DNA from: Eledone cirrhosa
Lineage: Eukaryota
DNA length: 64,000 nt
NCBI GenBank assembly: GCA_964016885.1
Contig: OZ024758.1
Coordinates: forward strand, 36,642,001 to 36,706,000
Direction of reading: 5' to 3'
Made by a program: the position numbers and the translations under genes. The notes below the pieces were generated by a model, which made no database searches, was not told the origin of the DNA, and saw nothing but the letters and a program-made list of their open reading frames with translations. Positions 1 through 13,359 of the stretch are shown here, piece by piece; positions within the stretch are counted from its first letter, which is position 1, and every line of letters begins with the position of its first letter.

Positions 1-2890
1 TTGGTGAGAATTCATTTAAGTCATGGTATTAGCTGTCAGAAGTAACTCCATTGTTGGTGAGAATTCATTTAAGTCATGGTACTAGCTGTCAGAAGTAACT
101 CCACTGTTGCTGAGAATTCATTTAAGTTCATGGTATTAGCTGTCAGAAGTAACTCCAATGTCGGTGAGAATTCATTTAAGTCATAGTACTAGCTGTCAGA
201 AGTAACTCCACTGTTGGTGAGAATTCATTTAAGTTCATGGTATTAGCTGTCAGAAGGAACTCCACTGTTGGTGAGAATTCATTTAAATTCATGGTATTAG
301 CTGTCAGAAGTAACTCCAATGTTGGTGAGAATTCATTTAAGTTCATGGTATTAGCTGTCAGAAGTAACTCCACTGTTGGTGAGAATTCATTTAAGTTCAT
401 GGTATTAGCTGTCAGAAGTAACTCCACTGTTGGTGAGAATTCATTTTTCATGGTACTAGCTGTCAGAAGTAACTCCACTGTTGGTGAGAATTCATTTAAG
501 TTCATGGTACTAGCTGTCAGAAGTAACCCCAATGTTAGTGAGAATTCATTTAAGTTCATGGTATTAGCTGTCAGAAGTCACTCCACTGTTGGTGAGAATT
601 CATTTAAGTTCATGGTATTAGCTGTCAGAAGTAACTCCACTGTTGGTGAGAATTCATTTAAGTTCGTGGTATTAGCTGTCAGAAGTAACTCCACTGTTGG
701 TGAGAATTCATTTAAGTTCATGGTATTAGCTGTCAGAAGTAACTCCACTGTTGGTGAGAATTCATTTAAGTTCATGGTACTAGCTGTCAGATGTAACGCC
801 ACTGTTGGTGAGAATTCATTTAAGTTCATGGTATTAGCTGTCAGAAGTAACTCCACTGTTGGTGAGAATTCATTTAAGTCATGGTATTAGCTGTCAGAAG
901 TAACTCCATTGTTGGTGAGAATTCATTTAAGTCATGGTACTAGCTGTCAGAAGTAACTCCACTGTTGGTGAGAATTCATTTAAGTTCATGGTACTAGCTG
1001 TCAGAAGTAACTCCACTGTTGGTGAGAATTCATTTAAGTTCATGGTACTAGCTGTCAGAAGTAACTCCAATGTTGGTGAGAATTCATTTAAGTCATGGTA
1101 CTAGCTGTCAGAAGTCACTCCACTGTTGGTGAGAATTCATTAAGTTCATGGTACTAGCTGTCACAAGGAACTCCACTGTTGGTGAGAATTCATTTAAATT
1201 CATGGTATTAGCTGTCAGAAGTAACTCCACTGTTGGTGAGAATTCATTTAAGTTCATGGTACTAGCTGTCAGAAGGAACTCCAATGTTGGTGAGAATTCA
1301 TTTAAGTTCATGGTATTAGCTGTCAGAAGTAACTCCACTGTTGGTGAGAATTCATTTAAGTTCATGGTATTAGCTGTCAGAAGTAACTCCACTGTTGGTG
1401 AGAATTCATTTAAGTTCATGGTACTAGCTGTCAGAAGTAACTCCACTGTTGGTGAGAATTCATTTAAGTTCATGGTACTAGCTGTCAGAAGTAACCCCAA
1501 TGTTGGTGAGAAATCATTTAAGTTCATGGTATTAACTGTCAGAAGTCACTCCACTGTTGGTGAGAATTCATTTAAGTTCATGGTATTAGCTGTCAGAAGT
1601 AACTCCACTGTTGGTGAGAATTCATTTAAGTTCATGGTATTAGCTGTCAGAAGTAACTCCACTGTTGGTGAGAATTCATTTAAGTTCATGGTATTAGCTG
1701 TCAGAAGTAACTCCACTGTTGGTGAGAATTCATTTAAGTTCATGGTACTAGCTGTCAGAAGTAACTCCACTGTTGGTGAGAATTCATTTAAGTTCATGGT
1801 ATTAGCTGTCAGAAGTAACTCCACTGTTGGTGAGAATTCATTTAAGTCATGGTATTAGCTGTCAGAAGTAACTCCATTGTTGGTGAGAATTCATTTAAGT
1901 CATGGTACTAGCTGTCAGAAGTAACTCCACTGTTGGTGAGAATTCATTTAAGTTCATGGTACTAGCTGTCAGAAGTAACTCCACTGTTGGTGAGAATTCA
2001 TTTAAGTTCATGGTACTAGCTGTTAGAAGTAACTCCAATGTTGGTGAGAATTCATTTAAATTCATGGTATTAGCTGTCAGAAGTAACTCCACTGTTGGTG
2101 AGAATTCATTTAAGTTCATGGTACTAGCTGTCAGAAGCAACTCCACTGTTGGTGAGAATTCATTTAAGTTCATGGTATTAGCTGTCAGAAGTAACTCCAC
2201 TGTTGGTGAGAATTCATTTAAGTTCATGGTACTAGCTGTCAGAAGTAACCCCAATGTTGGTGAGAATTCATTTAAGTTCATGGTATTAGCTGTCAGAAGT
2301 CACTCCAATGTTGGTGAGAATTCATTTAAGTTCATGGTATTAGCTGTCAGAAGTCACTCCACTGTTGGTGAGAATTCATTTAAGTTCATGGTACTAGCTG
2401 TCAGAAGTAACTCCACTGTTGGTGAGAATTCATTTAAGTCATGGTATTAGCTGTCAGAAGTAACTCCATTGTTGGTGAGAATTCATTTAAGTCATGGTAC
2501 TAGCTGTCAGAAGTAACTCCACTGTTGGTGAGAATTCATTTAAGTTCATGGTACTAGCTGTCAGAAGTAACTCCACTGTTGGTGAGAATTCATTTAAGTT
2601 CATGGTACTAGCTGTTAGAAGTAACTCCAATGTTGGTGAGAATTCATTTAAATTCATGGTATTAGCTGTCAGAAGTAACTCCACTGTTGGTGAGAATTCA
2701 TTTAAGTTCATGGTCCTAGCTGTCAGAAGCAACTCCACTGTTGGTGAGAATTCATTTAAGTTCATGGTATTAGCTGTCAGAAGTAACTCCACTGTTGGTG
2801 AGAATTCATTTAAGTTCATGGTACTAGATGTCAGAAGTAACCCCAATGTTGGTGAGAATTCATTTAAGTTCATGGTATTAGCTGTCAGAA
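1..2890. repeat. Segment duplicated at about 7213-10100 (offset 7212) and about 16364-19250 (further offset 9151)
   Basis: Rare markers occur in the same order: 3-bp-deleted monomer (about 445, 7657, 16808), AAGTTCGTGG (about 661, 7873, 17024), TCATTAAG plus TCACAAGG (about 1137-1168, 8349-8380, 17500-17531). Confidence 0.93.
1850..2880. repeat. 592-bp (11-monomer) tandem duplication, second copy partial
   Basis: ORF starts 1902 and 2494; GCTGTTAGA and AAGCAAC recur at +592. The same pair is at 9114/9706, 18265/18857 and 21068/21660. Confidence 0.88.
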
Positions 2891-4099
2891 GTAACTCCAC
2901 TGTTGGTGAGAATTCATTTAAGTTCATGGTACTAGCTGTCAGAAGTAACCCCAATGTTGGTGAGAATTCATTTAAGTTCATGGTATTAGCTGTCAGAAGT
3001 CACTCCAATGTTGGTGAGAATTCATTTAAGTTCATGGTATTAGCTGTCAGACGTCACTCCACTGTTGGTGAGAATTCATTTAAGTTCATGGTACAAGCTG
3101 TCAGAAGTAACCCCAATGTTGGTGAGAATTCATTTAAGTTCATGGTATTAGCTGTCAGAAGTTACTCCAATGTTGGTGAGAATTCATTTAAGTTCATGGT
3201 ATTAGCTGTCAGAAGTAACTCCACTGTTGGTGAGAATTCATTTAAGTTCATGGTATTAGCTGTCAGAAGTAACTCCACTGTTGGTGAGAATTCATTTAAG
3301 TTCATGGTATTAGCTGTCAGAAGGAACTCCAATGTTGGTGAGAATTCATTTAAGTCATGGTACTAGCTGTCAGAAGTAACTCCACTGTTGGTGAGAATTC
3401 ATTTACGTCATGGTACTAGCTGTCAGAAGTAACTCCACTGTTGGTGAGAATTCATTTAAGTTCATGGTATTAGCTGTCAGAAGGAACTCCACTGTTGGTG
3501 AGAATTCATTTATGTTCATGGTATTAGCTGTCAGAAGTAACTCCACTGTTGGTGAGAATTCATTTAAGTTCATGGTACTAGCTGTCAGAAGTAACTCCAC
3601 TGTTGGTGAGAATTCATTTAAGTTCATGGTACTAGCTGTCAGAAGGAACTCCACTGTTGGTGAGAATTCATTTAAGTTCATGGTATTAGCTGTCAGAAGT
3701 AACTCCAATGTTGGTGAGAATTCATTTAAGTCATGGTACTAGCTGTCAGAAGTAACTCCACAGTTGGTGAGAATTCATTTAAGTTCATGGTATTAGCTGT
3801 CAGAAGGAACTCCACTGTTGGTGAAAATTCATTTAAGTTCATGGTATTAGCTGTCAGAAGTAACTCCAATGTTGGTGAGAATTCATTTAAGTTCATGGTA
3901 TTAGCTGTCAGAAGTAACTCCACTGTTGGTGAGAATTCATTTAAGTTCATGGTATTAGCTGTCAGAAGTAACTCCACTGTCGGTGAGAATTCATTTAAGT
4001 TCATGGTACTAGCTGTCAGAAGTAACTCCACTGTTGGTGAGAATTCATTTAAGTTCATGGTACTAGCTGTCAGAAGTAACCCCAATGTTAGTGAGAATT

Positions 4100-5750
4100 C
4101 ATTTAAGTTCATGGTATTAGCTGTCAGAAGTCACTCCACTGTTGGTGAGAATTCATTTAAGTTCATGGTACTAGCTGTCAGAAGTAACGCCACTGTTGGT
4201 GAGAATTCATTTAAGTTCATGGTATTAGCTGTCAGAAGTAAGTCCACTGTTGGTGAGAATTCATTTAAGTCATGGTATTAGCTGTCAGAAGTAACTCCAT
4301 TGTTTTGTGAGAATTCATTTAAGTCATGGTACTAGCTGTCAGAAGTAACTCCACTGTTGGTGAGAATTCATTTAAGTTCATGGTACTAGCTGTCAGAAGT
4401 AACTCCACTGTTGGTGAGAATTCATTTAAGTTCATGGTACTAGCTGTCAGAAGTAACTCCAATGTTGGTGAGAATTCATTTAAGTCATGGTACTAGCTGT
4501 CAGAAGTCACTCCACTGTTGGTGAGAATTCATTTAAGTTCATGGTATTAGCTGTCAGAAGGAACTCCACTGTTGGTGAGAATTCATTTAAATTCATGGTA
4601 TTAGCTGTCAGAAGTAACTCCACTGTTGGTGAGAATTCATTTAAGTTCATGGTACTAGCTGTCAGAAGGAACTCCAATGTTGGTGAGAATTCATTTAAGT
4701 TCATGGTATTAGCTGTCAGAAGTAACTCCACTGTTGGTGAGAATTCATTTAAGTTCATGGTATTAGCTGTCAGAAGTAACTCCACTGTTGGTGAGAATTC
4801 ATTTAAGTTCATGGTACTAGCTGTCAGAAGTAACTCCACTGTTGGTGAGAATTCATTTAAGTTCATGGTACTAGCTGTCAGAATTAACCCCAATGTTGGT
4901 GAGAATTCATTTAAGTTCATGGTATTAGCTGTCAGAAGTCACTCCACTGTTGGTGAGAATTCATTTAAGTTCATGGTACTAGCTGTCAGAAGTAACGCCA
5001 CTGTTGGTGAGAATTCATTTAAGTTCATGGTATTAGCTGTCAGAAGTAAGTCCAATGTTGGTGAGAATTCATTTAAGTCATGGTATTAGCTGTCAGAAGT
5101 AACTCCATTGTTTTGTGAGAATTCATTTAAGTCATGGTACTAGCTGTCAGAAGTAACTCCACTGTTGGAGAGAATTCATTTAAGTTCATGGTACTAGCTG
5201 TCAGAAGTAACTCCACTGTTGGTGAGAATTCATTTAAGTTCATGGTACTAGCTGTCAGAAGTAACTCCAATGTTTGTGAGAATTCATTTAAGTCATGGTA
5301 CTAGCTGTCAGAAGTCACTCCACTGTTGGTGAGAATTCATTTAAGTTCATGGTATTAGCTGTCAGAAGGAACTCCACTGTTGGTGAGAATTCATTTAAAT
5401 TCATGGTATTAGCTGTCAGAAGTAACTCCACTGTTGGTGAGAATTCATTTAAGTTCATGGTACTAGCTGTCAGAAGGAACTCCAATGTTGGTGAGAATTC
5501 ATTTAAGTTCATGGTATTAGCTGTCAGAAGTAACTCCACTGTTGGTGAGAATTCATTTAAGTTCATGGTATTAGCTGTCAGAAGTAACTCCACTGTTGGT
5601 GAGAATTCATTTAAGTTCATGGTACTAGCTGTCAGAAGTAACTCCACTGTTGGTGAGAATTCATTTAAGTTCATGGTACTAGCTGTCAGAAGTAACCCCA
5701 ATGTTGGTGAGAATTCATTTAAGTTCATGGTATTAGCTGTCAGAAGTCAC
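4100..5750. repeat. 808-bp (15-monomer) tandem duplication
   Basis: AACGCC, AGTAAGTCC and CCATTGTTTTGTGA at about 4186-4310 recur at about 4994-5118; ORF starts 4487 and 5295. Confidence 0.88.
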
Positions 5751-8700
5751 TCCACTGTTGGTGAGAATTCATTTAAGTTCATGGTATTAGCTGTCAGAAG
5801 TAACTCCACTGTTGGTGAGAATTCATTTAAGTTCATGGTATTAGCTGTCAGAAGTAACTCCACTGTTGGTGAGAATTCATTTAAGTTCATGGTACTAGCT
5901 GTCAGAAGTAACTCCACTGTTGGTGAGAATTCATTTAAGTTCATGGTATTAGCTGTCAGAAGTAACTCCACTGTTGGTGAGAATTCATTTAAGTTCATGG
6001 TACTAGCTGTCAGAAGTAACTCCACTGTTGGTGAGAATTCATTTAAGTTCATGGTATTAGCTGTCAGAAGTAACTCCACTGTTGGTGAGAATTCATTTAA
6101 GTCATGGTATTAGCTGTCAGAAGTAACTCCATTGTTGGTGAGAATTCATTTAAGTCATGGTACTAGCTGTCAGAAGTAACTCCACTGTTGGTGAGAATTC
6201 ATTTAAGTTCATGGTACTAGCTGTCAGAAGTAACTCCAATGTTGGTGAGAATTCATTTAAATTCATGGTATTAGCTGTCAGAAGTAACTCCATTGTTGGT
6301 GAGAATTCATTTAAGTTCATGGTACTAGCTGTCAGAAGTAACTCCACTGTTGGTGAGAATTCATTTAAGTTCATGGTACTAGCTGTCAGAAGTAACTCCA
6401 ATGTTGGTGAGAATTCATTTAAATTCATGGTATTAGCTGTCAGAAGTAACTCCACTGTTGGTGAGAATTCATTTAAGTTCATGGTACTACCTGTCAGAAG
6501 CAACTCCACTGTTGGTGAGAATTCATTTAAGTTCATGGTATTAGCTGTCAGATGTAACTCCACTGTTGGTGAGAATTCATTTAAGTTCATGGTACTAGCT
6601 GTCAGAAGTAACCCCAATGTTGGTGAGAATTCATTTAAGTTCATGGTATTAGCTGTCAGAAGTCACTCCAATGTTGGTGAGAATTCATTTAAGTTCATGG
6701 TATTAGCTGTCAGAAGTCACTCCACTGTTGGTGAGAATTCATTTAAGTTCATGGTACTAGCTGTCAGAAGTAACCCCAATGTTGGTGAGAATTCATTTAA
6801 GTTCATGGTATTAGCTGTCAGAAGTTACTCCAATGTTGGTGAGAATTCATTTAAGTTCATGGTATTAGCTGTCAGAAGTAACTCCACTGTTGGTGAGAAT
6901 TCATTTAAGTTCATGGTATTAGCTGTCAGAAGTAACTCCAATGTTGGTGAGAATTCATTTAAGTTCATGTTCTTAGCTGTCAGAAGGAACTCCAATGTTG
7001 GTGAGAATTCATTTAAGTCATGGTATTAGCTGTCAGAAGGAACGCCACTGTTGGTGAGAATTCATTTAAGTTCATGGTACTAGCTGTCAGAAGTAACTCC
7101 AATGTTGGTGAGAATTCATTTATGTTCATGGTATTAGCTGTCAGAAGTAACTCCACTGTTGGTGAGAATTCATTTAAGTTCATGGTACTAGCTGTCAGAA
7201 GTAACTCCACTGTTGGTGAGAATTCATTTAAGTCATGGTATTAGCTGTCAGAAGTAACTCCATTGTTGGTGAGAATTCATTTAAGTCATGGTACTAGCTG
7301 TCAGAAGTAACTCCACTGTTGCTGAGAATTCATTTAAGTTCATGGTATTAGCTGTCAGAAGTAACTCCAATGTCGGTGAGAATTCATTTAAGTCATAGTA
7401 CTAGCTGTCAGAAGTAACTCCACTGTTGGTGAGAATTCATTTAAGTTCATGGTATTAGCTGTCAGAAGGAACTCCACTGTTGGTGAGAATTCATTTAAAT
7501 TCATGGTATTAGCTGTCAGAAGTAACTCCAATGTTGGTGAGAATTCATTTAAGTTCATGGTATTAGCTGTCAGAAGTAACTCCACTGTTGGTGAGAATTC
7601 ATTTAAGTTCATGGTATTAGCTGTCAGAAGTAACTCCACTGTTGGTGAGAATTCATTTTTCATGGTACTAGCTGTCAGAAGTAACTCCACTGTTGGTGAG
7701 AATTCATTTAAGTTCATGGTACTAGCTGTCAGAAGTAACCCCAATGTTAGTGAGAATTCATTTAAGTTCATGGTATTAGCTGTCAGAAGTCACTCCACTG
7801 TTGGTGAGAATTCATTTAAGTTCATGGTATTAGCTGTCAGAAGTAACTCCACTGTTGGTGAGAATTCATTTAAGTTCGTGGTATTAGCTGTCAGAAGTAA
7901 CTCCACTGTTGGTGAGAATTCATTTAAGTTCATGGTATTAGCTGTCAGAAGTAACTCCACTGTTGGTGAGAATTCATTTAAGTTCATGGTACTAGCTGTC
8001 AGATGTAACGCCACTGTTGGTGAGAATTCATTTAAGTTCATGGTATTAGCTGTCAGAAGTAACTCCACTGTTGGTGAGAATTCATTTAAGTCATGGTATT
8101 AGCTGTCAGAAGTAACTCCATTGTTGGTGAGAATTCATTTAAGTCATGGTACTAGCTGTCAGAAGTAACTCCACTGTTGGTGAGAATTCATTTAAGTTCA
8201 TGGTACTAGCTGTCAGAAGTAACTCCACTGTTGGTGAGAATTCATTTAAGTTCATGGTACTAGCTGTCAGAAGTAACTCCAATGTTGGTGAGAATTCATT
8301 TAAGTCATGGTACTAGCTGTCAGAAGTCACTCCACTGTTGGTGAGAATTCATTAAGTTCATGGTACTAGCTGTCACAAGGAACTCCACTGTTGGTGAGAA
8401 TTCATTTAAATTCATGGTATTAGCTGTCAGAAGTAACTCCACTGTTGGTGAGAATTCATTTAAGTTCATGGTACTAGCTGTCAGAAGGAACTCCAATGTT
8501 GGTGAGAATTCATTTAAGTTCATGGTATTAGCTGTCAGAAGTAACTCCACTGTTGGTGAGAATTCATTTAAGTTCATGGTATTAGCTGTCAGAAGTAACT
8601 CCACTGTTGGTGAGAATTCATTTAAGTTCATGGTACTAGCTGTCAGAAGTAACTCCACTGTTGGTGAGAATTCATTTAAGTTCATGGTACTAGCTGTCAG

Positions 8701-11700
8701 AAGTAACCCCAATGTTGGTGAGAAATCATTTAAGTTCATGGTATTAACTGTCAGAAGTCACTCCACTGTTGGTGAGAATTCATTTAAGTTCATGGTATTA
8801 GCTGTCAGAAGTAACTCCACTGTTGGTGAGAATTCATTTAAGTTCATGGTATTAGCTGTCAGAAGTAACTCCACTGTTGGTGAGAATTCATTTAAGTTCA
8901 TGGTATTAGCTGTCAGAAGTAACTCCACTGTTGGTGAGAATTCATTTAAGTTCATGGTACTAGCTGTCAGAAGTAACTCCACTGTTGGTGAGAATTCATT
9001 TAAGTTCATGGTATTAGCTGTCAGAAGTAACTCCACTGTTGGTGAGAATTCATTTAAGTCATGGTATTAGCTGTCAGAAGTAACTCCATTGTTGGTGAGA
9101 ATTCATTTAAGTCATGGTACTAGCTGTCAGAAGTAACTCCACTGTTGGTGAGAATTCATTTAAGTTCATGGTACTAGCTGTCAGAAGTAACTCCACTGTT
9201 GGTGAGAATTCATTTAAGTTCATGGTACTAGCTGTTAGAAGTAACTCCAATGTTGGTGAGAATTCATTTAAATTCATGGTATTAGCTGTCAGAAGTAACT
9301 CCACTGTTGGTGAGAATTCATTTAAGTTCATGGTACTAGCTGTCAGAAGCAACTCCACTGTTGGTGAGAATTCATTTAAGTTCATGGTATTAGCTGTCAG
9401 AAGTAACTCCACTGTTGGTGAGAATTCATTTAAGTTCATGGTACTAGCTGTCAGAAGTAACCCCAATGTTGGTGAGAATTCATTTAAGTTCATGGTATTA
9501 GCTGTCAGAAGTCACTCCAATGTTGGTGAGAATTCATTTAAGTTCATGGTATTAGCTGTCAGAAGTCACTCCACTGTTGGTGAGAATTCATTTAAGTTCA
9601 TGGTACTAGCTGTCAGAAGTAACTCCACTGTTGGTGAGAATTCATTTAAGTCATGGTATTAGCTGTCAGAAGTAACTCCATTGTTGGTGAGAATTCATTT
9701 AAGTCATGGTACTAGCTGTCAGAAGTAACTCCACTGTTGGTGAGAATTCATTTAAGTTCATGGTACTAGCTGTCAGAAGTAACTCCACTGTTGGTGAGAA
9801 TTCATTTAAGTTCATGGTACTAGCTGTTAGAAGTAACTCCAATGTTGGTGAGAATTCATTTAAATTCATGGTATTAGCTGTCAGAAGTAACTCCACTGTT
9901 GGTGAGAATTCATTTAAGTTCATGGTCCTAGCTGTCAGAAGCAACTCCACTGTTGGTGAGAATTCATTTAAGTTCATGGTATTAGCTGTCAGAAGTAACT
10001 CCACTGTTGGTGAGAATTCATTTAAGTTCATGGTACTAGATGTCAGAAGTAACCCCAATGTTGGTGAGAATTCATTTAAGTTCATGGTATTAGCTGTCAG
10101 AAGTCACTCCAATGTTGGTGAGAATTCATTTAAGTTCATGGTATTAGCTGTCAGAAGTCACTCCACTGTTGGTGAGAATTCATTTAAGTTCATGGTACTA
10201 GCTGTCAGAAGTAACTCCACTGTTGGTGAGAATTCATTTAAGTTCATGGTACTAGCTGTCAGAAGTAACTCCACTGTTGGTGAGAATTCATTTAAGTTCA
10301 TGGTACTAGCTGTCAGAAGTAACCCCAATGTTGGTGAGAATTCATTTAATTTCATGGTATTAGCTGTCAGAAGTTACTCCAATGTTGGTGAGAATTCATT
10401 TAAGTTCATGGTATTAGCTGTCAGAAGTAACTCCACTGTTTGTGAGAATTCATTTAAGTTCATGGTATTAGCTGTCAGAAGTAACTCCACTGTTGGTGAG
10501 AATTCATTTAAGTTCATGGTATTAGCTGTCAGAAGGAACTCCAATGTTGGTGAGAATTCATTTAAGTCATGGTACTAGCTGTCAGAAGTAACTCCACTGT
10601 TGGTGAGAATTCATTTAAGTTCATGGTATTAGCTGTCAGAAGGAACGCCACTGTTGGTGAGAATTCATTTAAGTTCATGGTACTAGCTGTCAGAAGTAAC
10701 TCCACTGTTGGTGAGAATTCATTTAAGTTCATGGTACTAGCTGTCAGATGTAACTCCAATGTTGGTGAGAATTCATTTAAATTCATGGTATTAGCTGTCA
10801 GAAGTAACTCCACTGTTGGTGAGAATTCATTTAAGTTCATGGTACTAGCTGTCAGAAGCAACTCCACTGTTGGTGAGAATTCATTTAAGTTCATGGTATT
10901 AGCTGTCAGAAGTAACTCCACTGTTGGTGAGAATTCATTTAAGTTCATGGTACTAGCTGTCAGAAGTAACCCCAATGTTGGTGAGAATTCATTTAAGTTC
11001 ATGGTATTAGCTGTCAGAAGTCACTCCAATGTTGGTGAGAATTCATTTAAGTTCATGGTATTAGCTGTCAGAAGTCACTCCACTGTTGGTGAGAATTCAT
11101 TTAAGTTCATGGTACTAGCTGTCAGAAGTAACTCCACTGTTGGTGAGAATTCATTGAAGTTCATGGTACTAGCTGTCAGAAGTAACTCCACTGTTGGTGA
11201 GAATTCATTTAATTTCATGGTACTAGCTGTCAGAAGTAACCCCAATGTTGGTGAGAATTCATTTAAGTTCATGGTTTTAGCTGTTAGAAGTTACTCCAAT
11301 GTTGGTGAGAATTCATTTAAGTTCATGGTATTAGCTGTCAGAAGTAACTCCACTGTTGGTGAGAATTCATTTAAGTTCATGGTATTAGCTGTCAGAAGGA
11401 ACTCCACTGTTGGTGAGAATACATTTAAATTCATGGTATTAGCTGTCAGAAGTAACTCCACTGTTGGTGAGAATTCATTTAAGTTCATGGTACTAGCTGT
11501 CAGAAGGAACTCCAATGTTGGTGAGAATTCATTTATGTTCATGGTATTAGCTGTCAGAAGTAACTCCACTGTTGGTGAGAATTCATTTAAGTTCATGGTA
11601 TTAGCTGTCAGAAGTAACTCCACTGTTGGTGAGAATTCATTTAAGTTCATGGTACTAGCTGTCAGAAGTAACTCCACTGTTGGTGAGAATTCATTTAAGT

Positions 11701-13359
11701 TCATGGTACTAGCTGTCAGAAGTAACCCCAATGTTAGTGAGAATTCATTTAAGTTCATGGTATTAGCTGTCAGAAGTCACTCCACTGTTGGTGAGAATTC
11801 ATTTAAGTTCATGGTATTAGCTGTCAAAAGTAACTCCACTGTTGGTGAGAATTCATTTAAGTTCATGGTATTAGCTGTCAGAAGTAACTCCACTGTTGGT
11901 GAGAATTCATTTAAGTTCATGGTATTAGTTGTCAGAAGTAACTCCACTGTTGGTGAGAATTCATTTAAGTTCATGGTACTAGCTGTCAGAAGTAACGCCA
12001 CTGTTGGTGAGAATTCATTTAAGTTCATGGTATTAGCTGTCAGAAGTAACTCCACTGTTGGTGAGAATTCATTTAAGTCATGGTATTAGCTGTCAGAAGT
12101 AACTCCATTGTTGGTGAGAATTCATTTAAGTCATGGTACTAGCTGTCAGAAGTAACTCCACTGTTGGTGAGAATTCATTTAAGTTCATGGTACTAGCTGT
12201 CAGAAGTAACTCCACTGTTGGTGAGAATTCATTTAAGTTCATGGTACTAGCTGTCAGAAGTAACTCCAATGTTGGTGAGAATTCATTTAAGTCATGGTAC
12301 TAGCTGTCAGAAGTCACTCCACTGTTGGTGAGAATTCATTTAAGTTCATGGTATTAGCTGTCAGAAGGAACTCCACTGTTGGTGAGAATTCATTTAAATT
12401 CATGGTATTAGCTGTCAGAAGTAACTCCACTGTTGGTGAGAATTCATTTAAGTTCATGGTACTAGCTGTCAGAAGGAACTCCAATGTTGGTGAGAATTCA
12501 TTTAAGTTCATGGTATTAGCTGTCAGAAGTAACTCCACTGTTGGTGAGAATTCATTTAAGTTCATGGTATTAGCTGTCAGAAGTAACTCCACTGTTGGTG
12601 AGAATTCATTTAAGTTCATGGTACTAGCTGTCAGAAGTAACTCCACTGTTGGTGAGAATTCATTTAAGTTCATGGTACTAGCTGTCAGAAGTAACCCCAA
12701 TGTTGGTGAGAATTCATTTAAGTTCATGGTATTAGCTGTCAGAAGTCACTCCACTGTTGGTGAGAATTCATTTAAGTTCATGGTATTAGCTGTCAGAAGT
12801 AACTCCACTGTTGGTGAGAATTCATTTAAGTTCATGGTATTAGCTGTCAGAAGTAACTCCACTGTTGGTGAGAATTCATTTAAGTTCATGGTATTAGCTG
12901 TCAGAAGTAACTCCACTGTTGGTGAGAATTCATTTAAGTTCATGGTACTAGCTGTCAGAAGTAACTCCACTGTTGGTGAGAATTCATTTAAGTTCATGGT
13001 ATTAGCTGTCAGAAGTAACTCCACTGTTGGTGAGAATTCATTTAAGTCATGGTATTAGCTGTCAGAAGTAACTCCATTGTTGGTGAGAATTCATTTAAGT
13101 CATGGTACTAGCTGTCAGAAGTAACTCTACAGTTGGTGAGAATTCATTTAAGTTCATAGTACTAGCTGTCAGAAGTAACTCCACTGTTGGTGAGAATTCA
13201 TTTAAGTTCATGGTACTAGCTGTCAGAAGTAACTCCAATGTTGGTGAGAATTCATTTAAATTCATGGTATTAGCTGTCAGAAGTAACTCCACTGTTGGTG
13301 AGAATTCATTTAAGTTCATGGTACTAGCTGTCAGAAGCAACTCCACTGTTGGTGAGAAT

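Noticed and set aside
176-559. Minus-strand NLNEFSPT resembling the cadherin linker DxNDNxPxF
   Set aside because: It lacks the key Asp residues and the roughly 110-aa domain; a short chance resemblance in an 18-aa unit.
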